From a virus (lineage: Duplodnaviria; Caudoviricetes), in the IMG/VR virus record IMGVR_UViG_3300021060_000007, positions 3,647 through 67,646 of that record: DNA of 64,000 nucleotides. One strand, written 5' to 3'. The notes below the pieces were generated by a model, which did no database searches, had not been told where the DNA came from, and saw only the letters and a list, made by a program, of their open reading frames with translations. Below, piece by piece: positions 47,116 through 56,307 of this stretch. A program made the translations under genes and the position numbers. Each line of letters opens with the position of its first letter. Within the stretch, counting starts at the first letter, position 1.

Positions 47116-47790
47116 ATGGCACTTGATCCAAACCACGTCGGGTCATTCCGGCCGTTTTCGCCTGCGCGTATCCTGCCGGTGCATGCGACCCGGCCCGTGT
47201 TCGTGTTCGCGTCGGCGGATGCGGCGACGGGCGTAACGCCTCCGTTGGCTGGCGGCTCGCGCCTGTTCGCCCTCACGGCTGCGCAGTTCCAGAGCACCCC
47301 GGCCGCGCTGTCCATCCGCCTGTTCGCCGCCCGGCGCCTGACGAAGGTGTCCGACATGGGCACGGCGTCGATTACGACGAACACGATCACGCGGACCACG
47401 GGTTCGTTCATCACGGACGGATGGCAGGTCGGCGACAGCATCGGGTTCCGCAATACGGCGAACCTGCCCGCCGTCGAGCCCGCCCAGGTGACAGCGGTGT
47501 CCGCGACGACCCTCACCTTCGCCGCATCGAGCTTCACGGCCGAGACCCCGCCGGCCACGGCCGAGTTCTGGCGCCTGCACCTCCTCGCCACGTCCACCCT
47601 GGCCTCCGGTGCGGGCTCGACCGCCGGCACCGCCGCCCTCGACCTTTTCACCGACTCGAAGCCCTTCATGGACGCCTCCCCGAACCGTGCCCTCGCCATC
47701 GGTCCCGGCTCCGGCTTCTTCGCTGCGCTTCTCTCGACGCTTCCTGCGAATGGGTACGTCGATATCACCCCGCTGCCGGGGGATTACTGA
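47116..47790 (+). CDS. Putative virion protein (beta-rich)
   Basis: GAGA RBS; Thr/Ala-rich; in late operon. Confidence 0.7.
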   Translation: MALDPNHVGSFRPFSPARILPVHATRPVFVFASADAATGVTPPLAGGSRLFALTAAQFQSTPAALSIRLFAARRLTKVSDMGTASITTNTITRTTGSFITDGWQVGDSIGFRNTANLPAVEPAQVTAVSATTLTFAASSFTAETPPATAEFWRLHLLATSTLASGAGSTAGTAALDLFTDSKPFMDASPNRALAIGPGSGFFAALLSTLPANGYVDITPLPGDY

Positions 47791-48368
47791 TGCCGGCGTG
47801 GGGACAGCAGCCGCATCAGATCGGGTCGCTGGCGATCAATCAGAGCGCATCGGCCGGGCCACAACTCATCGCGATCCTCAGGCCCCGCGACACCTCTTGG
47901 GTCGCGCCGAAGACGAGCAAGTACACGTTTTATGTCTGGGGTGCAGGCGGCATTCCAGCCACCGTTGGCGCCGGCGCCGGCGGGTTTGCGCGCAAGACGA
48001 TATCGTTGACCAAAGGCACGGCCCTTACGTCCGCCATCAGCTTCGGCGGCGTCTATTCTCCTGACTCTAGCCAAAACTCGGTCTCGACCACGACGCTTTC
48101 CGGCCCCGGCATTTCGATATCCTGTGGCGCCGGCAACAATGCTACGGGCGGCAACGCCACGGGAGGTGATGTGAACGTTCCCGGCACAAATGGCGTGGGC
48201 CAGACGGGCGGCGCAGCGGGTGGCGACGGAACTCCGATAGGCACGGGCGGCACGGGGGGGCCGAACGGCACCCCTGGCACTCACCCCGGCGGTGGAAGCG
48301 GCAGCGGCGGCGGAATCATCTCCTACAGCGGCTCCGGCGAAATCCGCATCGTGGACGAAACCCCATGA
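47790..48368 (+). CDS. Gly-rich putative virion protein
   Basis: W.AP.T.KY.F.VWGAGG, GAGAGGF.RK, poly-Gly C-terminus. Confidence 0.7.
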   Translation: MPAWGQQPHQIGSLAINQSASAGPQLIAILRPRDTSWVAPKTSKYTFYVWGAGGIPATVGAGAGGFARKTISLTKGTALTSAISFGGVYSPDSSQNSVSTTTLSGPGISISCGAGNNATGGNATGGDVNVPGTNGVGQTGGAAGGDGTPIGTGGTGGPNGTPGTHPGGGSGSGGGIISYSGSGEIRIVDETP

Positions 48369-48946
48369 CCGACTATCGCCTCCTCACCCTCTCCACCCTG
48401 ACACCTCTGGAGTCCGCCGGCCCGCTCCCGGCCTGGCTCGTGGCCGCCAACCCATCCGAGGATCAGATCACCGATCTCGGCTGGTCCGGGCGCACGGGGC
48501 AGGGCTACTTCCGCATCGCCATCGCGGATGATCCTGCGTTCGATCCCGATACGCAGCGCCTCTCCGACCCCGTCGAGGGGAAGGCCGATCCCAAGACCAA
48601 GACCATCCCAGCGGTGCGGGAGGTGGTGGCGCTGACAGCAGACGAGATCGCTGCGCGCAATCCGATCCCCGACAACCCGACGCTGGGCGACTGGCGTGTG
48701 GCCCTGGTGCTCTGGGGGCGCCTCGCCGACGTGCTGGCCCGGATCAAGGCCCTGGTGGACGCCGGCAACCCGCTCGGCGTCGTCGCCCAGGAGCGCGTCG
48801 AGTACAGCAACAACGTCCTGCTGGCGCAGCTCCTCCAGCTGAAGGACGTGTTCGGCTTCACTGAGGCCGACGTGATTGAGAGCCTGTGGCGCGCGGACCG
48901 GGTGTCGAAAGGCGACCTGTCGGGCGTCTGGCCGCTCAAAAGCTGA
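48365..48946 (+). CDS. Putative tail fibre chaperone
   Basis: ATGA coupling; P.FDP.TQRL.DP motif typical of fibre-associated proteins. Confidence 0.65.
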   Translation: MTDYRLLTLSTLTPLESAGPLPAWLVAANPSEDQITDLGWSGRTGQGYFRIAIADDPAFDPDTQRLSDPVEGKADPKTKTIPAVREVVALTADEIAARNPIPDNPTLGDWRVALVLWGRLADVLARIKALVDAGNPLGVVAQERVEYSNNVLLAQLLQLKDVFGFTEADVIESLWRADRVSKGDLSGVWPLKS

Positions 48947-49002
48947 TCATTTAACACTCCTGAAAGCCGCCCACTACGGGATCAGCGGCAAGGGGGCGGG
49001 CA

Positions 49003-49737
49003 ATGAGCGCGGACGTGGTTGGGTGGTTCAAATCAATTGGAATTATTGCTGACATGCCTTTGGGCGTAAGGGGCACAGTCCTTTACGAAGAAACGATTAG
49101 GCTTCATCATAGCGTATCCCTGAATGAATGCCTTATACTTTCTCTTTCTATTATTTCACCGCAAACCGCACTACTTGATACATATGTGGGGCGCTACTGC
49201 AGCATCGGGCACAATTGCACCATTGGCTTCTCTAGCCACCCCATGGATCGGCTCACCACTAGCACCCTGACTTACGAAAATTCATTCAACGTTGACGGCG
49301 ATTATCACCTTCAAAGCTATGGCCCTCAGACAAAACGCGTTACGATCGGCCATGACGTTTGGATCGGCGCAGGCGCGTCAATCTTGCCCGGCCTCACCAT
49401 CGGGACGGGCGCGGTCATCGGTGCAGGCAGTGTCGTCACGAAAGACGTTGAGCCGTACGCGATCGTTGCCGGGAATCCAGCCGTTAAAAAGCGATCGCGC
49501 TTCAGCGCGGAGGCAGTCGAGATCATCACCGCATCGGAGTGGTGGCGATACGATTTGCGACAAGCGGTCCAAAGAGGATTAATTGCGGACTGGTCTGACC
49601 CCGTATCGGCAGTTCGGTCTCTCGAAGACGGGTTTGCAAAGGGGGACATCGCAAAAATCGATGTACCTGGGCGCCTCCTTCAAGGTGAGGATGGCATCTT
49701 CAAGAGCACCATCCTCCAGCAGAAAATTTTCGTCTAA
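49003..49737 (+). CDS. CatB/Vat-related O-acetyltransferase (hexapeptide repeat), AT-rich moron
   Basis: VGRYCSIG, H.MD.LTT, IGHDVWIG.GA.ILPG.TIG.GAVIGAGSVVTKDV.PYAIVAGNPA. Confidence 0.9.
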   Translation: MSADVVGWFKSIGIIADMPLGVRGTVLYEETIRLHHSVSLNECLILSLSIISPQTALLDTYVGRYCSIGHNCTIGFSSHPMDRLTTSTLTYENSFNVDGDYHLQSYGPQTKRVTIGHDVWIGAGASILPGLTIGTGAVIGAGSVVTKDVEPYAIVAGNPAVKKRSRFSAEAVEIITASEWWRYDLRQAVQRGLIADWSDPVSAVRSLEDGFAKGDIAKIDVPGRLLQGEDGIFKSTILQQKIFV

Positions 49738-49787
49738 CGCCGGCTGCGGGTCCCCCGAGCCGTCACGGCTCAGATGAAGGACTGCGC

Positions 49788-50324
49788 ATGAACGCCACCG
49801 CCGTCATCGACACGGCCGACATTCTCTTGGCCCAGCCCATCGCGGTCCGGCCCGGCGAAACCATCGACTTCTCCGGCACGGCCCTGTCCGTCGACTTCAC
49901 CCCGATCCGGGGAGGCCCGGTGGTTATGTCGGCCTCGACGGCGGATGGGACGCTGGCGTTCGTCGGCGGGGATGCGCCGTACTTCCGGATCGACCTGCCG
50001 GTGGCGGGCCGCACGTGGCGCGTCGAGCGGCCCACGGCGGTGCGCGGGGACATTTTGCGCCGGCCGGATCCGATGAACCCGGCGCAGATTGAGTGGCTCG
50101 GTCGGACCGAGCTTCTGGTTCTGCCGGGCTCGTCGTCAGCCGCCATCGCTCTCGCGGCGCAGGCGCCCGTCCTTCTCGACGCCCAACCCTACGACGGCCG
50201 GATCGCCACGGCGCCGATGCTCATCGGCCCGCAGGGGTCACCAGCCTATCCCGCCTTCGACCCCCTCACCGATGAGGGCAAGGCGCTGCGCATCGTGGGT
50301 GGTGTGCCGACGTGGGCGTTCTGA
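49788..50324 (+). CDS. Putative virion protein
   Basis: AAGGA RBS; in late operon. Confidence 0.6.
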   Translation: MNATAVIDTADILLAQPIAVRPGETIDFSGTALSVDFTPIRGGPVVMSASTADGTLAFVGGDAPYFRIDLPVAGRTWRVERPTAVRGDILRRPDPMNPAQIEWLGRTELLVLPGSSSAAIALAAQAPVLLDAQPYDGRIATAPMLIGPQGSPAYPAFDPLTDEGKALRIVGGVPTWAF

Positions 50325-50854
50325 CCATGCCGACCCCGTTCGCGTATCCTCCGCAGGGCCGACCCGGCGCGCCCGGCCAGCAGACCGGCTTCGGCCAGGT
50401 CACCTACACCGACCGCACCATCGGCGTGGAGGACACCTTCCTGCCGAACGTCCGGCAACAGCTGGTGTTCGCCCCCAGCGCGCTCCAGACCCAAGACCTG
50501 CTCAACCCGCCCTTCGCCGGCCATCAGTTCTTCGTCGACAATCGCATCGTGCCCCGCGCGATGTTCGACCTCTACGACATGCGGGTGAACCTGCTGGTGA
50601 CGGCGGACCAAGCAGGCGGACAGCTGCGCCTCGACATCGACACGGGATCCACCCTCGGCCCCCTCCAGTCCGACACCACGAGCCTGTTTGCCGGGGCCGG
50701 CGTTACCGAGCGCGTCACGTTCTCGTTCTCCATTCAGGTGCTGGCGACCTTCCTCGCCAATGGCGCGGTGTTCTTCCTGCAGAGCACCCGGCCCGTGACC
50801 GTCATCAGTGAGACGCTGCTGCTGATGCCCAAGAGCATTCACCCGGGGGCCTGA
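50312..50854 (+). CDS. Putative virion protein
   Basis: 180-aa beta-rich ORF coupled to neighbours. Confidence 0.6.
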   Translation: MGVLTMPTPFAYPPQGRPGAPGQQTGFGQVTYTDRTIGVEDTFLPNVRQQLVFAPSALQTQDLLNPPFAGHQFFVDNRIVPRAMFDLYDMRVNLLVTADQAGGQLRLDIDTGSTLGPLQSDTTSLFAGAGVTERVTFSFSIQVLATFLANGAVFFLQSTRPVTVISETLLLMPKSIHPGA

Positions 50855-51489
50855 TGATGATCGCCGTCTGGTACGACCCCGACTGCGACGAGATTTGGAT
50901 CACCGACGAGGATCGGTCCTACGCGCGCCGGTCGCTCGTGAGCTTCATCGACCCCACCACGGGCAAGATCGGAATCCGCCTCAAGGAGTGGGTCGGGCCC
51001 GACATCGTCATGACGGCTCACGCCAACCTCATGGACCGGGCGGGGCAGGGGTTTCTGTCGGCCGTGGAGGCGAAGGCGTATCTGGACGGGGAGTTCGCCA
51101 AGCAGCGATCCCTGGATCTTCCGACCGCCACGGCGCGCGCAGCTGCGGACCTTCCGGCCGGCCTGCCGGTGTGCATCTCGAGGTTCGACGGAAGTCTGCG
51201 CCCCGCGCGCGCCGACACCTACACGGAAGCCTTCGTCGTCGGCCTGCTCATCGCGCCGGTGGCGGAGGGCTTCGTCGGGACGGCTACACGCAACGCCCTG
51301 ACCCTCAACGACTGGACTGCGGTCGCCGGCACACAGTTGCTCGCCCTTGGCCAGCCGTACTTTCTCGGCCTCACCGGTGGCCTGACCCTCACTCCCGACC
51401 TCGGCACCGGCCGCTGCCTCGTGCGCATCGGCAACGCCACCGGCCCCCAGACCCTGGCGCCCGTCCAGGCCGATCCCATCCTGCTGTAG
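50854..51489 (+). CDS. Putative virion protein with DUF2190/cement-like C-terminal domain
   Basis: LPAG.PV.I...G....ARAD....A.VVGL, L..G..YFL...G.LT. Confidence 0.6.
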   Translation: MMIAVWYDPDCDEIWITDEDRSYARRSLVSFIDPTTGKIGIRLKEWVGPDIVMTAHANLMDRAGQGFLSAVEAKAYLDGEFAKQRSLDLPTATARAAADLPAGLPVCISRFDGSLRPARADTYTEAFVVGLLIAPVAEGFVGTATRNALTLNDWTAVAGTQLLALGQPYFLGLTGGLTLTPDLGTGRCLVRIGNATGPQTLAPVQADPILL

Positions 51490-51503
51490 AAGGAGACACC
51501 CCC

Positions 51504-51992
51504 ATGGCGCTTCGCAAGCCCCTCGTCATCGGCGACGACGGCCTCCCCCAGGCCCTGCAGCCCAACGACACGATCTCCGCGCCCACCAACGCCCCGTCCC
51601 TGCGCACCACGACGAACGGAGAGACCGCCACGGCCCTTCCGTTTGGAACCCCGGTCTACGCCGCCACGGGCACGACGGTGAAGCGCGGGCAGGCCAACGC
51701 GAAGGCCACGGCGACGGTCGTCGGTCTGGTTTATGACGCCTCGGTCGCGGCTGGCGCCACGGGCAGCATCGCGCAATCCGGGATCCTTACCGGCACCACG
51801 GCGCAGTGGGACGCGGTGGCGGGCACCAGCGGCGGGCTCGCCGTCGGCGCCTACTACTTCCTCGACGCGGCCAATGCGGGCCGGATCACCGCCACCCCGC
51901 CGACCACGGCCGGGCAGGTCAACGTCTGCATCGGCTCGGCCCTGTCCAGTACGGAGCTTGAGGTGGACGTCGAACTGCCGATCCTGCTGTAG
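51504..51992 (+). CDS. DUF2190/cement-like putative virion protein
   Basis: LPFGTPVY, A.A.VVGL, GL..GAYYFLD...GRIT, IG.ALS.TEL.V....PILL. Confidence 0.65.
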   Translation: MALRKPLVIGDDGLPQALQPNDTISAPTNAPSLRTTTNGETATALPFGTPVYAATGTTVKRGQANAKATATVVGLVYDASVAAGATGSIAQSGILTGTTAQWDAVAGTSGGLAVGAYYFLDAANAGRITATPPTTAGQVNVCIGSALSSTELEVDVELPILL

Positions 51993-52000
51993 GTCCGGCC

Positions 52001-52351
52001 ATGGCCGCGCGCACACCGCTCGTCGTCGGATCGGATGGGCTGCCCCAGCAGTTGCAGTCCGTCGACACCCTCGCCACGGGCCTGCGCTTCCAGACCTTCA
52101 CAGGCACGGTCACGGGCGGCGCGGGCGTGGCACAGGTCACGTTCAGCCCGGCGTTCAAGGCGGTGCCCCTGGCCTTCGTGGTCGAGAGCTGGTCCGGGTC
52201 GCAGATGGTCTGCGGCGCGGTCACGGCGACCACGGCCGCCGGCTGCACGGTCCAGGCGATGGTCTCTCAGGGAACGCTACTGCTGAACACGGCCCCGTTC
52301 ACGACGGCGCAGAACGGGACGGTGGTGACCGTCGTGGCGATCGGGGCGTGA
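52001..52351 (+). CDS. Putative virion protein (H-type lectin-like small beta domain)
   Basis: VTFSPAF...P...V, V..V.AIG; N-terminus RTPLV.G.DGLPQ.LQ shared with the preceding gene. Confidence 0.6.
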   Translation: MAARTPLVVGSDGLPQQLQSVDTLATGLRFQTFTGTVTGGAGVAQVTFSPAFKAVPLAFVVESWSGSQMVCGAVTATTAAGCTVQAMVSQGTLLLNTAPFTTAQNGTVVTVVAIGA

Positions 52352-52363
52352 AGGCGAAGCCCG

Positions 52364-52474
52364 TCAGTCCACCTTCTGCGCCACCGGCGTCGGCGACCGC
52401 AGGAAGATCATGATGCCACCGGCCACGGACAGGCCGAGGGCGATGACGACGAGCAGGAAGAACCAACGAGGCAT
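52364..52474 (-). CDS. Small single-TM peptide (36 aa), antisense
   Basis: MPRWFFLLVVIALGLSVAGGIMIFLRSPTPVAQKVD. Confidence 0.45.
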   Translation of the reverse strand: MPRWFFLLVVIALGLSVAGGIMIFLRSPTPVAQKVD

Positions 52475-52586
52475 GGGGCCGGATAGCACGCCAGGCGTGC
52501 CCGAGCCCTGCGAAACTTTCGCGCCCCTGACGGCCTGACCATCCCGCGCCGGCCGGGCGACGCCGCGCATCCCCTGGAGAGAGATC

Positions 52587-52784
52587 ATGGAAACTTACCG
52601 CCTCACGGCGAGCGCGCTGCTGCGCCTTGCCGCCATCGCCTCGCAGGCCCCTGGCGCCGATGCCGACGAGATCGTGGGCATCCTGCAGGAGGCCGTGCCC
52701 ATCGCGCCCCTGGTGGGCGAGCATGTCGAGCCGGTCGTGTCCGACGACGAGCCCGGCCCGACCAAGCCCGCGAAGCCGGAGTAG
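52587..52784 (+). CDS. Small hypothetical protein
   Basis: GGAGAGAG RBS; 65 aa. Confidence 0.55.
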   Translation: METYRLTASALLRLAAIASQAPGADADEIVGILQEAVPIAPLVGEHVEPVVSDDEPGPTKPAKPE

Positions 52785-52789
52785 GGACG

Positions 52790-53110
52790 ATGGCTCGGAT
52801 CGGAGTTCTGCGCACGCTCGAGGGCGGACGCATTGGCTTTCACTGCCCCGGATGTCGGAAACCTCACGTCGTCAACGTGTCCCCCGGCGGTTGGGGCTTC
52901 AACGGCAACTATGAACGGCCGACGTTCACGCCATCGGTTCTCGTTACCTACAACGGGCCAGATGCCGGTGCGGACAGAGGCGACGGGGACAGAGCCCCGC
53001 CTGCGGTCTGCCACTCCTTCGTGACGGACGGTCAGATCCAATTCCTCGGCGACTGCACGCACGCTCTCGCCGGCCAGACTGTCCCGCTCACGGCAGAAAC
53101 GGAGGCTTGA
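52790..53110 (+). CDS. DUF6527-like Cys/His protein
   Basis: F.CPGC...H, W.FNG...PTF.PSVL, CHSFV.DG.IQFL.DC.H.LAGQTV. Confidence 0.75.
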   Translation: MARIGVLRTLEGGRIGFHCPGCRKPHVVNVSPGGWGFNGNYERPTFTPSVLVTYNGPDAGADRGDGDRAPPAVCHSFVTDGQIQFLGDCTHALAGQTVPLTAETEA

Positions 53111-53111
53111 G

Positions 53112-54314
53112 ATGGCATCGGTCCCCGCACCGGCCAAGCGCCTCCTCGACTTCATCCGAAGCTACGAGGCGCCGCGCGGCTACGACACCGTGTTCGGCAA
53201 CAAGATGGCGCGGATGCCGAAGCCCATCACGTCCTTGACCGTCAACGAGGTGATCGCCGACGGACCGCGCCGCACGCGCGAGTTCGGCTCCTCGGCGGCC
53301 GGCGGTCTCCAGTTCATGACTGCCACCCTGAAGGGCCTGCGCGACGAGGGCTCCGTTTCCGGATCGGAGCGGATGACTCCCGATGTGCAGGACCGCTTGG
53401 GCTACATCCTGCTTCGCCACCGCGGCTACGACCGCTTCATGGCCGGCACGATGACAGCCACCGCCTTCGGCAACGAGATCGCCAAGGAGTGGGCCTCGTT
53501 CCCGGTCCTATCCGCGATCAACGGCAAGCGCCGGGGTCAGAGCTACTACGCCGGCGACGGGTTGAACCACGTCCTCGTCAGCCCCGAGCCGGTGGAGCGG
53601 GTGCTGGCCTCGATGCGGCAGGCCAGCCTGGAGCCCCAGGAGCCCCCCGTGGCGGCCGTCGTCGCCCCGCGCGCGCCAACCGTGCCCGCAGCCGACGTTG
53701 CCGCTCCCTGGTGGCAGCGTGCGCTTGGGATCGGCAAGGCGAAGCCTGTGGCGGCCAAGGCGCGGCCCGGCCTGCATCCGAACGGCAATCCCGACCTCTG
53801 GGACGTCCAGGCCGCGATGAAGGATCGGGGCTACTATCTGAAAGGGCTGCTCGACGGACTCGACGGCCGAGAGACCCAAGGGGCGGTCGCCCAGATCCGA
53901 AAGGACAACGGCCTCGGCGATGGCGGAGTAGACGCGGCGTTCCTCGCCGGGCTGCCGACCTGGCCCCACGCCAGGGTGTCGGCCGAGCGGGCCAGCATGT
54001 CGCTCGGCGACGCCGCCAAGCACGCGCCGGAACTGTTCGGCCCGGCGAAGTGGCTGGTGTCGGCCGGCCTCGGCTCGCTCGGCCTCGGCGGCGCGGCGGG
54101 CACCGGCCTCATGGACAACGTCCAGGGCGGGGTCGCCAGGGCCAACGACGTGTTCGGGCAGGTCCAGTCCGCGTTCGCGCTCGTCTCCGGCGTCGTGTCC
54201 TTTGTCGTGGAGCACAAGACGCTGTTCCTCGTCGGGATCGGCGCCGTCCTCGTGTGGAAGGGCGTGAGCGCGCTTCTGGACGCCTGGATCAAGGTACGGA
54301 GGGCGTTCTTCTGA
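53112..54314 (+). CDS. Endolysin: lysozyme-like domain, PG-binding domain and C-terminal TM segments
   Basis: LLDFI...E....YD, SSAAGGLQF..TL, AKEWASFP; VQ..M..RGY......DGLDG..T..AV; hydrophobic tail. Confidence 0.9.
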   Translation: MASVPAPAKRLLDFIRSYEAPRGYDTVFGNKMARMPKPITSLTVNEVIADGPRRTREFGSSAAGGLQFMTATLKGLRDEGSVSGSERMTPDVQDRLGYILLRHRGYDRFMAGTMTATAFGNEIAKEWASFPVLSAINGKRRGQSYYAGDGLNHVLVSPEPVERVLASMRQASLEPQEPPVAAVVAPRAPTVPAADVAAPWWQRALGIGKAKPVAAKARPGLHPNGNPDLWDVQAAMKDRGYYLKGLLDGLDGRETQGAVAQIRKDNGLGDGGVDAAFLAGLPTWPHARVSAERASMSLGDAAKHAPELFGPAKWLVSAGLGSLGLGGAAGTGLMDNVQGGVARANDVFGQVQSAFALVSGVVSFVVEHKTLFLVGIGAVLVWKGVSALLDAWIKVRRAFF

Positions 54315-54409
54315 TGCTCGTCGAACTCGCCCCGGTCGGCTGGATCTTCGCGACGCTCGCGTTCGCCGTGGTCCTCATCGTCGCCATCGTCGCGTCCGCG
54401 CGGCCCTGA
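54314..54409 (+). CDS. Small single-TM peptide (31 aa)
   Basis: TGATG coupling to endolysin; MLVELAPVGWIFATLAFAVVLIVAIVASARP. Confidence 0.5.
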   Translation: MLVELAPVGWIFATLAFAVVLIVAIVASARP

Positions 54410-54475
54410 ACACCCATAGGGAGGCCCGGTATGTCCAGCGCCGCCTCACCCTGGCCGTCAAATTCCGGAGAGGAC

Positions 54476-54769
54476 ATGGCCCCCTTGCCCGAAGAGAACG
54501 TCGATACCCCGCTGCTATCCGGTCAGGGCGACTTGAAGAGCGACGTCCGCTTGCTGGCCTATCAAGTCGGGCTCCTAGACAAGAAACTGGACCGTTTCTT
54601 CGAAGAGGTGAAGAACAGCTACGCTACGAAGAGCGAAATGCAGAATGTCAAAGAAGATGTTAAAAAGCTGAATGACAACATCGGCTGGCTGGTGAAGATC
54701 ATCATTGGTGCCATCGTCGTTGCTCTCCTTGGTGTCGTTCTCGTCAAAGGCGGGGTGGCTCCGCGATGA
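54476..54769 (+). CDS. Holin-like protein (coiled coil plus C-terminal TM)
   Basis: GGAGAGG RBS before ATG 54476; YATKSEM..V..DV..L, then IGWLVKIIIGAIVVALLGVVLV. Confidence 0.65.
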   Translation: MAPLPEENVDTPLLSGQGDLKSDVRLLAYQVGLLDKKLDRFFEEVKNSYATKSEMQNVKEDVKKLNDNIGWLVKIIIGAIVVALLGVVLVKGGVAPR

Positions 54770-55326
54770 TCCTCCAAAATCCGTGCCCCGATCCCATGAA
54801 GCCTTCCGAAACCGATATTGACCTGTATGCGCGCGCGCTCGCCCTCTCGGCAGCGCCGCGACAGACTCCTGTCCACCAGCAGATCCTGAACTTCCTCTAC
54901 TGGTGCGCCCTCCTGGGCGTCTTCGGCTGGTTCGCCGCGATGGTCTTCGACCGCGAGCCGCCCGTCCGTCAGATCCTCCGTGAGATCGTGAACCCTGAGC
55001 GCAAGGTTCGCATCGGCGAACGCCTGCTGATCCATGGCATCCGCGAGCGCAAGCGCCAGTGCGAGGTCACTCGTCGGTGGTGGCTAGTCGACGGGGCTGG
55101 TCGACGCCTCGACTATGAGGCAGAGCGCTTCGATGCCTACGGCGATCTCGGCCGCGAGGAAGAGACCATCGGCCCAACGATTCCCCTCGACGCCATGCCG
55201 GGCAAAGGCGTGCTGCGCGGCGTGGTCGCCTACGATTGCAATCCGCTGCAGCGCGCGCTCGGCTGGTCGATCATCTCCATGCTCCAGCCCCTGGAGTTCG
55301 AGATCCTGCCGAAGGCGGCGCCGTGA
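54766..55326 (+). CDS. Lysis-region membrane-anchored protein
   Basis: One TM segment then a periplasmic-type domain with two Cys. Confidence 0.7.
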   Translation: MILQNPCPDPMKPSETDIDLYARALALSAAPRQTPVHQQILNFLYWCALLGVFGWFAAMVFDREPPVRQILREIVNPERKVRIGERLLIHGIRERKRQCEVTRRWWLVDGAGRRLDYEAERFDAYGDLGREEETIGPTIPLDAMPGKGVLRGVVAYDCNPLQRALGWSIISMLQPLEFEILPKAAP

Positions 55327-55430
55327 CCTGTCCGCCCGTCGAACCACAGGATCTGGGCGCCGTCTACGCGCTGATCGCCGGCCTCGTGGGACTCATCATC
55401 GGAGGGCTCACCGCGCTGCGTAAGGGTTAG
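55323..55430 (+). CDS. Small single-TM peptide
   Basis: GTGA coupling; AVYALIAGLVGLIIGGLTALRKG. Confidence 0.4.
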   Translation: MTCPPVEPQDLGAVYALIAGLVGLIIGGLTALRKG

Positions 55431-55607
55431 CCTGACTTGGCGGCCTGCGTTCTGGATGGGAGGATTTTAACTCCTACCCCCCCAGGGGCATTCGACCCTA
55501 ACTCAACCCGCCCGGCCCCAGCCGTGGCGGGTTTTTCATGACCGGTATGCAAACGCCTCCCTGGCTGTCCTGCAGCGTTGACCGTGAGCTGCCCGCTCAG
55601 GCACCTA

Positions 55608-55826
55608 TGTCGCATGCCCGTGACCGCTCAGCAGCATCAGCTCCTCACCCGCCTTCGGCGAGGACGGCTGACGTTCACAGGCGCGGAGTCGGATGATGAA
55701 CGCCTTGCCATGTTGCAGCTGTACATCATCGGGTACGTAAAGCAGGGTCAGGAGCGAAGCCGGGAAGGACTGATGAACTGGCACATCACCCCAGCCGGGA
55801 TGAGCGCGATCCGAGCGCCCCTGTAA
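55608..55826 (+). CDS. Small hypothetical protein (winged-helix-like end WHITPAG)
   Basis: ORF stop abuts hairpin copy 2. Confidence 0.55.
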   Translation, partial: CRMPVTAQQHQLLTRLRRGRLTFTGAESDDERLAMLQLYIIGYVKQGQERSREGLMNWHITPAGMSAIRAPL

Positions 55827-55934
55827 CCCGCCCGGAGCAATCCGAAGCGGGTTTTCTTTGTTCATGAAGACTGCACGGTGCCATGGAAATTCTGGCGCGG
55901 TCCGCGCGTTCTCATTAAAGCTGTAGGAGCATCC

Positions 55935-56207
55935 ATGAGAACCCTGACACTTTCCACCTGCGCTCTTGCCTTTGCCGCCCTCGTGCTGCCGCAGACAAGC
56001 ACAGATGCTGACGCCCGTCCCCGCTACAAAAAGCGTGGTGTCGGCTTAGTGACCACGACGAACAACACTGGTGGCCGTCGAAATCGCACGATTTCGCGGG
56101 GTGCGACGGGCGCCGATACGGTGACGTCTAACTCGGCTGCTGGCGGCAACGCGGGCCGCCCTGAGCAGGCCGTGCCGAACAGCAGCGCGGGCGGCGGCGG
56201 TCGATAG
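55935..56207 (+). CDS. Small secreted Gly/Arg-rich protein
   Basis: AGGAG RBS; signal peptide MRTLTLSTCALAFAALVLPQTSTDADA. Confidence 0.65.
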   Translation: MRTLTLSTCALAFAALVLPQTSTDADARPRYKKRGVGLVTTTNNTGGRRNRTISRGATGADTVTSNSAAGGNAGRPEQAVPNSSAGGGGR

Positions 56208-56307
56208 TCCCACGGCGCAGGCTCTACCTTCACCCGCCCGGCTCGCGCCGCGGCGGGTTTTTCATGTGGCGCGAAACCTCTGCGGCCCAGAACCCGTAGA
56301 CCGCGGT

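Noticed and set aside
49003-49737. Chloramphenicol or streptogramin resistance gene call
   Set aside because: Fold motifs alone do not establish the substrate; many CatB-related proteins act on other acceptors
44347-52351. Diversity-generating retroelement or invertible tail-fibre cassette
   Set aside because: No reverse transcriptase, no invertase, and no template/variable repeat pair or inverted fibre copies seen
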